From contig JBGAIN010000017.1 in NCBI GenBank assembly GCA_044225505.1, positions 1 to 64,000 on the forward strand: DNA of 64,000 bases, given 5' to 3'. The notes beneath the pieces were generated by a model, which saw only the letters and a list, made by a program, of their open reading frames with translations, did no database searches and was not told where the DNA came from. Numbering within the stretch: position 1 is the stretch's first letter; every line of letters starts with the position of its first letter. Positions 40,746-50,880 of the stretch are shown piece after piece. This DNA comes from Limisphaerales bacterium. Lineage in GTDB: Bacteria > Verrucomicrobiota > Verrucomicrobiia > Limisphaerales > SIBE01. A program made the position numbers and the translations under genes.

Positions 40746-41234
40746 TTGCCTCTCGACAGTTGTGAGAGCGAGCTCGCCAGGTCTCCCAGGCAAATTCCCG
40801 ACACCCTTGTGAACGGTCCCGACTTAAAGCTCTCTCCCGAAGTGATCGTGGCGGCTGGCGGCCTGGTCTGGCGCGACCTGCGTGACCGCCAGGAGCTCCT
40901 CATTGTGCGCCGCGATCGACATCAAAAGAACGAATGGACCTTGCCTAAAGGGAAAGCCGAGCCTGGAGAGAGTTGGCTGGCCACCGCCCAACGCGAGGTG
41001 GCGGAAGAAGCTGGGTGCGAGGTTGAGATCGGCCCGTTTGCCGGATGTAACTCTTATCTGGCCCGCGGCTACCCGAAGATCGTCCTTCTCTGGAATATGA
41101 AATACCGTCGCGAGGTCTCTCCGGACACCTCCGATGAGATCCAAGAGCGGCGCTGGGTGAAAGTAGAAGAGGCGTTGCGCCTTTTGTCGCATCTGACGGA
41201 ACGGACGATTCTGCAAGTGAACCGGTTTGTCTGA
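40746..41234 (+). CDS. NUDIX hydrolase
   Basis: LPKGKAEPGE..AQREVAEEAG Nudix box; start may lie nearer 40809. Confidence 0.9.
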   Translation: MPLDSCESELARSPRQIPDTLVNGPDLKLSPEVIVAAGGLVWRDLRDRQELLIVRRDRHQKNEWTLPKGKAEPGESWLATAQREVAEEAGCEVEIGPFAGCNSYLARGYPKIVLLWNMKYRREVSPDTSDEIQERRWVKVEEALRLLSHLTERTILQVNRFV

Positions 41235-41327
41235 TCTGGATTTGCGCGGGCTTCACTGCCTGTAAAGAGTTCAACGACCCACCTAAGGGAAGGAAAAGGG
41301 CAATTCGTTGGCCTTCATTCGCTTCCT

Positions 41328-41415
41328 ACACGGATGAAACACGGATAAAACAGGGATATAACCCGGAATCGACCCGTGTTAAACCCCTGTTATCTCCGTG
41401 TTATATCCCTGTTAA
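41328..41415. repeat. Palindromic array of eight 11-bp units
   Basis: Four forward ACACGGAT-type units followed by four reverse-complement units. Confidence 0.85.
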
Positions 41416-41616
41416 ATACGAAGGATCAACCTAAGGCAGCCGCATCGCCTTCGTTCGCTTTTCCTCCGTCCTTTCCGTCGCCAAACAGCCGCCCCAACAT
41501 TCGCGCAGGCCGCGCCCTCCCCCACCATCGTTCTCCCGCTTGACGAGTCCATCGGCTTTGGCGAAGCTGGCCATATCCGAACCGTCGCCCGAAATGATGC
41601 TAGCCCTTGTATCTGT

Positions 41617-42158
41617 ATGAAATCGAACTGCTTTCTGCTTTTCGCCGCTATTCTCCTCGTGTTGACCGGGTGTCAGAAATCTACCGAACCAGCAGCTGAT
41701 TCTGCCTCTTCGACTCCCGCGAGTGCTCCCGCAGCGCCCGCCCANNNNNNNNNNNNNNNNNNNNNNNNNNNNNNNNNNNNNNNNNNCCCGCCCACGCCGC
41801 GGCTCCTGCCACCGCCGGAGAAATGAAAACAACGCCGAGCGGCCTTAAATACCAGGTATTAAAACAAGGCACAGGAACCGTCTCACCCACCGCGACCGAC
41901 ACCGTTACGGTTCATTACCATGGCACGTTACAGAACGGCACGGTGTTCGACAGTTCGGTACAGCGCGGCCAACCAGCCTCGTTTCCTCTCAATCGCGTCA
42001 TCCGGGGTTGGACTGAAGGAGTGCAGCTCATGAAGGTGGGCGATAAGTTCAAGTTCGAGATCCCTCCGGATCTCGCTTACGGCGCCCAGAGTCCGAGTCC
42101 GAGTATTCCCCCGAATAGCACGCTGGTGTTCGAAGTGGAGCTGTTGAAGATCAATTGA
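41617..42158 (+). CDS. FKBP-type peptidyl-prolyl cis-trans isomerase lipoprotein, spanning the N gap
   Basis: Lipobox LTGC, Ala/Pro linker across the gap, then TPSGLKY, VHYHGTL..FDSS, VIRGWTEG, LAYG, TLVFEVEL. Confidence 0.88.
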
Positions 42159-42510
42159 TCCGCGAAAGCGTCGGCCCCTCGTAACCGTCGCTGGGTCCGT
42201 TCCGCATTTGGGTTAGCGCACAAGGAACGTGCGCCCGGTTGGTTTTCTCTGGAAGAGAGCCCAGGATGTGCCGACAATCTGGACACGTTGGGCAGGATAG
42301 GGATACGGGTCGGACGAACCGTCTTCGGGCTGGAAGCACGCGCCCGGAGTCGCCGGGGCCAGATACTCCACAAGCACTTCCACAACAGATCCTTACGCAA
42401 TAATCAGATCAATCCACCCAAGGCCCGTTGCGAAACCGCGAAAATCCGGAGGCGGTGTAGAGATTGCTGATTAGCCACCGTGCGAGAAGGGACAAATTAA
42501 GAGACCAACC

Positions 42511-43014
42511 ATGGACTGCGTCGTTCGGGAAGAATCGGAATCGAAGGTGGGAGCGCCGCAATTTAAGAAAGCACCTTGCGATTATTGTGGTCACGAAATG
42601 CGCTTTCAGGCTGAGGCCGAGGGTGAAAACGCGGAGTGCCCTAACTGCGGTCGAGTGGTGTGCCTGGGCGCGGTGGCAATCACGCCCCGAATGTTCGAAA
42701 GCGCTCCTGTGGGCGACCGACTGCGCAAATGCGATCACCCAAAGAATCGTCGCCACTTGCGAATTGCCGGTTGGGTCTTATTTGTCGTTAGCATTGTAAC
42801 GTTGGCGACGCTGGCACTTACCCCATTCGCGCCAGGGCAAACGGTGGCTCGCCTTCTGACGCTGGGGGCCGCCCTCACGATATCCGGCGTTGGCCTGGTG
42901 ATGATGATCGAGGGAGGACGGCCCGTCATCTACTGGGAATGCTCCGCCTGCGGTCAAAAGCTGACGGCATGGAATGACATCGTCTGTGGCGCTTGCCACG
43001 TCGATTTGCGGTAA
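42511..43014 (+). CDS. Membrane protein with two zinc-ribbon modules
   Basis: CDYC/CPNC, two TM helices, CSAC/CGAC. Confidence 0.65.
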   Translation: MDCVVREESESKVGAPQFKKAPCDYCGHEMRFQAEAEGENAECPNCGRVVCLGAVAITPRMFESAPVGDRLRKCDHPKNRRHLRIAGWVLFVVSIVTLATLALTPFAPGQTVARLLTLGAALTISGVGLVMMIEGGRPVIYWECSACGQKLTAWNDIVCGACHVDLR

Positions 43015-43393
43015 TCCAGCCCTATAATTCAACGTGTGAATTCGCCAGAGCGTCGGCGATAACGTTGGATGCTTCGCTGGCAGCCTCGCGCCCGTTCAAG
43101 ATCGCTTTCAGGCATTCGCCGAACGACGGTGATGCGTCTTCGCATCCCATCATTAATGCCACCTCCTGATGCCAAGAGTTGAGGGATACCTCAACCGCAC
43201 CATTGTCTGATTGATCGTAGCTTCCGCTAGGAATGGAACGGACCAACCATCGCTCACCTGGCCTGCAGCGTCAGTTACTTTCCTTTCCGCCGTTTGGCGA
43301 AGCCAAGCTGGCATGCTTGAGTCCGCAGGACCGTCCGATGCGGCCAGCAGCGCTCGAGCCCTTCGCGATCGCGGTCGCACCTGCGGACATTCC

Positions 43394-43728
43394 CGCGGGA
43401 TAAATCCTAATGCCATTCGGTAATTCTGTTCAGTCCCGGAAGGGACAGAATGAGAGAAGCCCGGTCGCTTTAGCGCCGGGTGCTCAAGTGAGAGGGCCCA
43501 AGCCCCGGCGGGGCGGCTGAGTGCGGCGAGAAAGGGCGTTTGGGTTCTACGACCTTGTGATCCGCTTAATCTCCGGTTCTTCCGTTCAATGCCACGTCCT
43601 CGGCCGTCCCGTCGGGACTTGGAATCGCGCCCATTCACCCTCGGCGTTAAAACGCCGAGCTATTCTCGAGTTGCCCCATCCGGGGCGCCAGGAGGCAATT
43701 ACCGAATGGCATTAGGATTTATCCCGCG
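43394..43728. mobile_element. Non-autonomous element (MITE-like) with IS4-like ends enclosing REP-like hairpins, copy 1
   Basis: Perfect 32-bp inverted repeat CGCGGGATAAATCCTAATGCCATTCGGTAATT; near-identical second copy from 60797. Confidence 0.85.
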
Positions 43729-43957
43729 ATCCTGGGGATACTGTCAAAATACGCCTAGCCGCTGGGGCACGCCGATTTTTGACTTGTGTTTCGAGAGAGC
43801 GGGCGGGGTCTAACTGATTGGACTTTCTTCACGAGCGAACGCTCTGTCTGCAAACTCCACGGAGGTTTGTGTTCGCGAACCGAGCAAACGCTTGTCCAGA
43901 AGTCCGAGAAGTGAAAGTAGTCCTAAGACGTATGAAACTGAAAAGGAGATACCTGCG

Positions 43958-46429
43958 ATGAAACCGTTCCAAATTGGAATCTTGAGCGCGTGTTTGGGCG
44001 TGGGCCCATTGCTAGCCCAAGAGATTACCCCTGTGTGGGTTCAACATATCAACGGCGTCGTGAACGTCGCTGACACGAACAAACTGCCGATTCTGGTGAA
44101 ACCCACCGGGACGGTCGTCGCCGCCCCTGACGGCAATTACCTGGATGGGCGCGAGCCGATCGCTTACCTCATGCGCCTGATCCCGTTCGATTCGCAACGT
44201 TTGTTGCTGGCCATCCGCGAAAATGGCATTGATGAACAGGACAGCAGCTTGCCGCAGGCCAAGAAAGACCTGGCGGCGCAATTCCCAGATCGATCGCTGG
44301 TCTGGTTGGATGCCGCAACGGCCAGACCCTTAGGCGTGGCTTGGGTGGAAAACCTGCGCGCTGCCGACCTGATCCCGTATGACGTCACCGGCGCCCATAC
44401 CGGATACCAATCCACCAAGCTGAACCAGCTCTGGCGTCCGGCCTTGGATGAAAACCCGGATCCGACCAAGCGGGCAATCTATAGCGGGTATAAACACCTC
44501 ATTCTCCGCTATGCGCCGAAAGCGGATGGAACCGGTTGGGAAACCAAGCCGTCGATCGCCTGGGAAGAACCGGTGCCCGGACTGGGGGACGACGGGACGA
44601 TCTCTCCGGAAGCGGGCATTGGGGATGGGCTGAGCGGCACCACGAGCGACGGCGGAGAACAAGGGAGTTGGCGGAGCTTTCGCTGGCGGAACATTCGGGT
44701 CTCCGGCTTCGGAACAAACACGCTCATCGTCGCGGGCGGCGGGACGTGGCGCATTGGATCGCACCCTCAAGTGTTCGCCACGACGGACGGCCTCAAATTC
44801 AAACCGATCGCACGCGTCAATGACCGCGACAACGCCCGCCGCAATGCGTTCTCGTTGGGCGGATGCTCCAGCGACATTCTTCACGTCAACCAGGATCCAG
44901 CCAGACCAAACCTGCAGGTCCTGTTTCACGGCCACTATCCTGGAACGGGTTGGGAAGCCCGACCGAACCGATACACGTCCGATCCAAACAAGCCGTCGCC
45001 CAGCCCGGAGTACAATCAGCAGCCGGACGTTCGGCTTTTCAACCAGGACGAAGCCGCGGCAGGTGACCTCCCGGCCTTTGTCTGGGAAGCAGCTGGCAAG
45101 GACGGAAAATCGATCGACCACGCTGTGGATGGAGTCAACGCTTATGACGGAAACTGGAACATGGCGTTGGCCACGGCGGATGGCCTCGGTTATCTCGTGG
45201 GTGTTTCTGGCTCGTCGCTGGACGTTTCCTGGATGACGTATGGATGGGTGGCGGTGCATCGCCTCGATGGCAGCATCGCCAGTGGCAAGTCGTCCTTTAA
45301 ATTGCCCTTCAAAGAGGACGATATCATGGTCGATTACGTCAATCTGGGAGGTGGTGAAGAAGCCGACTTCGACTCCACGGAATCCTGGGTGGACGTTGTC
45401 CCTGATACGACCGCGCCTGCCAACCTTCAGAAATCAACGGTGCTCGCAGCGTTCTCCGAAGGCGGTTTCGGCGTGTTCACAGTTCAGAATGTAGCTGCAG
45501 CCATTACGTCGGAACCAAGCGACCTCACCGTCGCTGCCGGCACCACCAACTCCCTGTCAGCCAGCGCATCGGGCAGTCCCAACGCCTATCGATGGAAACG
45601 CAACGGGGTCGCGTTGACCGATGGCCGCTACCTTTCCGGAAGCAAAACGGCGAAGCTGACTCTGATCGACGCCACCAAGGCGGACGCTGGCACTTATGAG
45701 TTGGAGATCCAAAACCCTGTTTCCGGGACGGTCACGACAAAAGCTGTGAACGTCAAGATCACCGGAGCGTACGTGCGGCCACATCAAAACGCTGCCTTGG
45801 AAGGCGTCGCCAGCCAGGTCACAACGTATCCCGGCGGAGATGCCAAGGATGCCATCGACGGAAACACCAACCAGACCTGGAGCGCTGGGTCGATCGCGCA
45901 CACCGCGGACGGAACGACCAATGCCGTGGTCTGGTGGGAAGTGGATTTGAAATCCACCTTGGACATCGGGCGCGTCGTTTATTTCCCGCGCGGCGATTGC
46001 TGCGAAGAACGGCAAGCAGACGTCAACGTCGTCATCCTGGATGATGCCCGCAAGGAAGTCAGCCGAACCAATATCAATGCCAACGGGTTTGCCTGGCCTG
46101 ACCCTTGGACCCAGAACTACACCCCAACCGTTTCCGGACGATACGTGCGAATCGAACGGACACCGGTCGGTGAACCGAATGCCAGCGGCATCCCCGCCGA
46201 CGCCTTCCTAAACATCGCTGAGGTCCAAGTGTTTCCTGCCTTCCGACCGACTCTGGATGTTGGCATCTCCGGCAGTAACATTGCCGTGGCATGGGATTCG
46301 GACGCATTCACGACTCCGACTCTCCAAACGGCACCGTCCGTGAACGGTCCGTGGACGAACGTGGGCTCGACCTCACCTTACAGTGGGCCGATCACCGGCG
46401 CTGCGTTCTACCGACTGCGCTCACCTTGA
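43958..46429 (+). CDS. Large secreted protein: unknown N-terminal domain, Ig-like domain, F5/8 type C (discoidin) domain and C-terminal GPW/FYR module
   Basis: AAGGAG RBS; signal peptide; YRWKRNG..DAGTY; AIDGN..WWEVDL..RGDCC..GRYVRI..AEVQV. Confidence 0.85.
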   Translation: MKPFQIGILSACLGVGPLLAQEITPVWVQHINGVVNVADTNKLPILVKPTGTVVAAPDGNYLDGREPIAYLMRLIPFDSQRLLLAIRENGIDEQDSSLPQAKKDLAAQFPDRSLVWLDAATARPLGVAWVENLRAADLIPYDVTGAHTGYQSTKLNQLWRPALDENPDPTKRAIYSGYKHLILRYAPKADGTGWETKPSIAWEEPVPGLGDDGTISPEAGIGDGLSGTTSDGGEQGSWRSFRWRNIRVSGFGTNTLIVAGGGTWRIGSHPQVFATTDGLKFKPIARVNDRDNARRNAFSLGGCSSDILHVNQDPARPNLQVLFHGHYPGTGWEARPNRYTSDPNKPSPSPEYNQQPDVRLFNQDEAAAGDLPAFVWEAAGKDGKSIDHAVDGVNAYDGNWNMALATADGLGYLVGVSGSSLDVSWMTYGWVAVHRLDGSIASGKSSFKLPFKEDDIMVDYVNLGGGEEADFDSTESWVDVVPDTTAPANLQKSTVLAAFSEGGFGVFTVQNVAAAITSEPSDLTVAAGTTNSLSASASGSPNAYRWKRNGVALTDGRYLSGSKTAKLTLIDATKADAGTYELEIQNPVSGTVTTKAVNVKITGAYVRPHQNAALEGVASQVTTYPGGDAKDAIDGNTNQTWSAGSIAHTADGTTNAVVWWEVDLKSTLDIGRVVYFPRGDCCEERQADVNVVILDDARKEVSRTNINANGFAWPDPWTQNYTPTVSGRYVRIERTPVGEPNASGIPADAFLNIAEVQVFPAFRPTLDVGISGSNIAVAWDSDAFTTPTLQTAPSVNGPWTNVGSTSPYSGPITGAAFYRLRSP

Positions 46430-46490
46430 TTCAAGGCCATGCGTTCAACCTCCATCGTGTCGTCAGGCACGATGGAGGAAATGCTGCGAG

Positions 46491-46860
46491 TTACTGTGCC
46501 CAGACGTTGAGCCGCGACGGTGATCCTACCGGAACGACGCCATTGATTGTGGCCTGGGCGGGATTACCGCTCGCCATATTCAACTACCCGCTGAACGTGG
46601 CGGAGGGACCCGTCTCCGGGATCACCACTAGCGTCACCGGCACCAGCCCCGTGAAGTTCCTTCCCTGAACAATCACTGTCTGATTGGTTGGTGTTGCCTG
46701 CGACACTGAAAGCAAACGCGCCATACTGTTGTACGAACTGGTTCTTCCCTCCGCCCGGCCCTTGACCGTCGCCACCTCGGGTCGTCGCGCCGGTGCCATA
46801 GCCGCCGAAGGCACCATCGAATCCACCAGGCCCACCGAGCCCAGACATGTTGGCCGCCGA
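46491..46860 (-). pseudogene. Remnant of a Gly-rich exported protein
   Basis: GGPGGFDGAFGG..GQGPGGG, a frameshift, then an in-frame TAG (46584-46586) inside SATFSG*LNMASGNPAQATING..NVWAQ*. Confidence 0.55.
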
Positions 46861-47682
46861 CGGAGTGGGATTTCCAGACAATGTCCGCCCCATTTGGATC
46901 GGCGGCGATTTCTGCCTCCCACGCGGCCGTTGCACCAGGTTCTGTTAGGACGAGCGTTGGCGGTTGGAGGGCTGTCACCGGCCCGATCGGTTGGGTGCTG
47001 ATGACGAACTCGTCAAACCAACGGGCCTGTCTTTGAATTGAGCCGTTGTTCTCCTGGTTCTCCAAAAAGACAGCGTTAATCCCGTAATCGGTCCATTCCC
47101 CGTGCCAGTCCAGATCCGTCCTTGAAGCCTCCGGCTTTCCATCGACCCACAGCTCAAAAACACCGTCATGTTTCCCAGGAGTGTTCAGTTTCACATGCGA
47201 TTCGATGCAGACCCAGCGACCCGATTCGGCCGGGCTGAATATCGGATCCTGTCCTTGGCGCAAACCCAACCATTTCAAATTGGGAAAGTCGTTGTAGCGG
47301 GTTGTCACTTTTCGATTGTCCCGGATACCGGTGGCCGGAGCAATGCAGAGCACGTCTCCTTTGCCACCCCAGACGTGAGCAATAACCCCTGGCTCCAGTC
47401 CTTTCCCGCGAGGCAAGTGGCTCTCGTCAGCTTGGCTGGGTTCCCTTGCCACCCAGCCTCGTGCTTCACGTAATCGCGCCAGCAGTTTCCCGGAAAGTCT
47501 CCTCGGAGCGAATCCCACGGCCAAAGGGATTTTTGCCAAAGAGAACTTGGAGGCTGCTTGCCGTCACCTGACCTTGATCGAACTGGCAACGCTTGGCCCA
47601 CCGCTTTTCCACCGTATTGCTTGCACTTGAAGGAGGTTTCTGTTTGACTTCCACTAATCCCTTGGTGCACATGCCATCCCAC
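46861..47682 (-). pseudogene. Remnant of a polysaccharide lyase/ConA-like jelly-roll protein
   Basis: Coherent peptide spread over three frames; WVCIESHVKLNTPGKHDGVFELWVDG and WFDEFVIS motifs. Confidence 0.7.
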
Positions 47683-47746
47683 GCCTGTGGGATGCCTGTA
47701 TTCCTTGGGATTACCAGTTCAACCCAACAACATCCTAGGAGAACCT

Positions 47747-49834
47747 ATGCTCAAAAGGCGACCCACGATTACATCCCGCTTCCGCTGGCTTGGATCGGCC
47801 AGCCTGATCGTATCTCTCTGGGTTCTTGTGCCTCGCGGTTCAGGCCAAGAACTTCTGTATCAAGAAGGCTTCAACACGGATGGCGAAGCTGCCAACCCCA
47901 AACGATACACCATGACGGGGCGCGACCTTTATGAACCTCAGCGCATTCGCGACCAACTCGCCAACTTCGATCAGCGCGGTCCAATCTACTGGGAACACAG
48001 CTTCAACGTCTCGTTCACGGGAAACCCCGACATCCCAGCGAAGCGTGCCATTTACGGCTGGCGCGGAACAGACGCCTCTGCGGCCACCGAAGACTTTCTG
48101 AAGCTTTTCGACAGCACCATTGACTGGCTGCTGGGAGGGAAAAAGAACGCCACGATCGTGGTGAATCCGGACTTGGCTGCCATCGGCGGCCTGGCCGATC
48201 GATTGACAGCGCTTGGCCACACCGTCGTGCCGGATGACACGACGATCGGCAATGACTTCGAGCTGCCCGGTGATCTTTTCATCCACGGCCCAGGGGCCAG
48301 TAATCCGAGTCGTTTCGTTCTGCTGCCCAAGCCCGTGCTCGTGATGAACGCCCCGGATTATGACGACATGCTCGTCGGAAGCATTGGTTCGTCCGTCACC
48401 TTCGATCCAGGACAAGCCACCGTGACGGCGGTTGGGCATCCGGCCGCCGGGGGCAAAACCGGCACTTTTGCCGCCTTCAACACCGGCGGACAAGTGTTTG
48501 AGTTGCTAGGAAGTTTCCTCCCGACGAACGCGCTACCGGTGGCGACCATCACGCGCATCGTCCCGCCTGCGATTAGTAACCTGGGGGACGCTGACGCCGC
48601 TATTGCGGGAACCAAAGCCCATGACCAAACCTCCGCCCAGGTGGCGACCTTGGACTTCGCCGACGCCAGCTCAGGCCAGTGGCTCGACGACAACCCGATT
48701 CCAGGAGGCTACACCGGCAATTGGGGCTTGCAGATCAAAGGAAAACTCTCAGTCCCCACCGCAGGCACTTACAGGTTCGCGGTCGGCTCGGACGACGGCG
48801 CGCGCCTGCGAATTGACCTCGATAAGAATGGGTTGACCGCGGCGGACGATGTGCTCGTGGATGCAGGACCGCATGCGCATCAGATTGTGTATGCCAACGT
48901 GACGTTTCCCAGCACTGGCACCTATGATTTCCAGATCGTTTCCTACAACTCGAGCGGTGGCGGCAGCCTCGAGGCGTCGGTCAGTATCGGCACCGCGGAC
49001 CAGGTTTTGGACGACAACCTCGACTCGGGCTACTGGGCGGTCCTCAGCTCGGATGCAGGCCTCTCAGCAGTCAAAATGCAAGGACCGGCCGACGTCATCT
49101 CCTACGTGGCTACCGGCGCCAACGTGGAGCGTCAGGAGCCCTTCATTGTGGTGCTGAACGGACCAACGGACACGCCGCGTGGCGCTTTCTACGACGGCGG
49201 TCCGTTCTCCGGCTTTGAAGGTGCCGGGTTCCTCGGAGGCTCGGGAATGAACAAATGGCCTTACCCAGATGGTCAGGCCTATCGCTCCGTTCAGTTGAAG
49301 CCGGTTGACGTCGCCGGCAAGCAAAACGTCCATCTCACAGTCGCTTTGGCCGCCACGGTGGTCGACTTTGAAACCAGCGACTACATCGACCTCCTGGTCT
49401 ATCCAGACGGCTTGAGCAGCACCCCGGTCACCCTGGCCCATTTTCATGGCGTGCAAGATGCCGTTCAGCCTTGGATGGCCGACGAGAAACAGAGCTTCTC
49501 CCGGCGCTTAACAAGGCAATTCGCCGATTTCACTTACGATATTCCCGCGACCGCCAAACAACTGATCGTAGAAGTGCGCGTCGCCACCACTTGGTGGACC
49601 GAAACCATCGGCGTCGACAATATCAGGATTACAGCGGGCGCGTCGGGCAGCAACGCGCCGACCTTGGGCATCGCGAGAAACGGTCCTGATCTCCAGTTGA
49701 CGTTCACAGGAACGCTGCAATCAGCCACCAGCGTCAATGGGCCGTGGACCGCCGTCCCAGGGAATCCGGCCAGCCCGGTGGTTCTGAAGCAGGCGCAACT
49801 AACGGGGAACGTCTTCTATCGAGCGAGCCAATAG
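47747..49834 (+). CDS. Large secreted protein with PA14 domain and C-terminal GPW/FYR module
   Basis: AGGAG RBS; signal peptide; GTYRFAVGSDDGARLRI PA14 motif. Confidence 0.85.
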   Translation: MLKRRPTITSRFRWLGSASLIVSLWVLVPRGSGQELLYQEGFNTDGEAANPKRYTMTGRDLYEPQRIRDQLANFDQRGPIYWEHSFNVSFTGNPDIPAKRAIYGWRGTDASAATEDFLKLFDSTIDWLLGGKKNATIVVNPDLAAIGGLADRLTALGHTVVPDDTTIGNDFELPGDLFIHGPGASNPSRFVLLPKPVLVMNAPDYDDMLVGSIGSSVTFDPGQATVTAVGHPAAGGKTGTFAAFNTGGQVFELLGSFLPTNALPVATITRIVPPAISNLGDADAAIAGTKAHDQTSAQVATLDFADASSGQWLDDNPIPGGYTGNWGLQIKGKLSVPTAGTYRFAVGSDDGARLRIDLDKNGLTAADDVLVDAGPHAHQIVYANVTFPSTGTYDFQIVSYNSSGGGSLEASVSIGTADQVLDDNLDSGYWAVLSSDAGLSAVKMQGPADVISYVATGANVERQEPFIVVLNGPTDTPRGAFYDGGPFSGFEGAGFLGGSGMNKWPYPDGQAYRSVQLKPVDVAGKQNVHLTVALAATVVDFETSDYIDLLVYPDGLSSTPVTLAHFHGVQDAVQPWMADEKQSFSRRLTRQFADFTYDIPATAKQLIVEVRVATTWWTETIGVDNIRITAGASGSNAPTLGIARNGPDLQLTFTGTLQSATSVNGPWTAVPGNPASPVVLKQAQLTGNVFYRASQ

Positions 49835-50514
49835 CTTCGGTGCAGAATCAAAGCTGCTGGTGTTGCAAGAGCCGCACGCCAGCAGCTCCTAGCCAACTGG
49901 CGCGGGCCTCCCAAGCCGCCGTCGGGATTCGCGGCATCCTGTGATCTCTTCAAACGGCGTTGAAGAGCCGATTGCCTCGCTTGGTTCCGGGACAAGGACC
50001 CTCCCTGGCGAGTTGGCTGCCTGACGGCGACAAGGCGCACGTCCACCGATTGAACTGCGCCGTGATGTTCGTAAGGGAAACGCGTGATGCCTATATCTTC
50101 GGCGATTTCCATAATCGGATGATCGGGACACGTCCGAAAACAAATCTGCCAGCTCCGGCTTGAACGCTTGCGCGGGAACCCTCTGATCTTCGGTCTCCCT
50201 CGGCGCTCTGACTCTACGGACCACCGATACCAGGCTTCACGCCGCAGAGCGCAGTGTCACGAATGCAGCAAGCAGCGCAGTGACTGTCCATGACCTGCGC
50301 AGGTGGCTTCTTCAATTGGGAATGATCCGATCGCCGGGTGGCGAGCAGCCACGCCACCGCCAGAGCCGGCACCTCGCTTCCAGTAACCAAACACGGCCGT
50401 TGAGCTCGAGCCCGTAGATCGGTCAGTCCAATTCCCGAGAAACATTGAGTGGCTTGCAAGGAAGATCGATCTTTTCGATTTTGGTCATGCGACCGCATTT
50501 GCTACCGTAGAACT

Positions 50515-50880
50515 ATGACCACGACTTCGAAACGAGCCCTCTTCTGGATGCCCCGCGTCCTCGGTCTCGTGTTCGCTGCGTTCATCAGCATCTTTGCACT
50601 GGATGTGTTTCAGGAGGGACTTGGGGTGTGGAGAACGGCGCTGGCTCTTCTGATTCACTTAATCCCGACGTTTCTCATCCTAGCTGTGCTGGCGGTATCT
50701 TGGCGGTGGGAGTGGGTTGGAGCGGTCCTGTTTACAGGGCTGGCACTGCTTTACATTTTCACGTCTTGGGGCCGCTTACACTGGTCCGCTTACGTGGTGA
50801 TTTCCGGTCCGTTATGCCTGGTTGGCGTGCTCTTCCTGCTCAACTGGCTTTGGCGAGCAGAACTGCGCTGCAAGACCTGA
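50515..50880 (+). CDS. Small four-TM membrane protein
   Basis: WMPRVL..FISIFALDVF..HLIP; hydrophobic throughout. Confidence 0.8.
   Translation: MTTTSKRALFWMPRVLGLVFAAFISIFALDVFQEGLGVWRTALALLIHLIPTFLILAVLAVSWRWEWVGAVLFTGLALLYIFTSWGRLHWSAYVVISGPLCLVGVLFLLNWLWRAELRCKT

Noticed and set aside
41745..41826. Separate lipoprotein and FKBP genes, or a programmed frameshift
   Set aside because: The frame break coincides with an N gap of estimated length; after the gap AHAAAPATAGE-MKTT reads straight into FKBP.
43153..43638. Duplicated 'protein' also seen at 60816-61211
   Set aside because: Both are chance translations of the repeated non-coding element.
27885..46586. Genome-wide TAG reassignment or pyrrolysine, suggested by two in-frame ambers
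   Set aside because: moaD ends at its required GG followed by TAG, and pilB, pilC and hpt also end in TAG. The second amber lies in an already frameshifted remnant.
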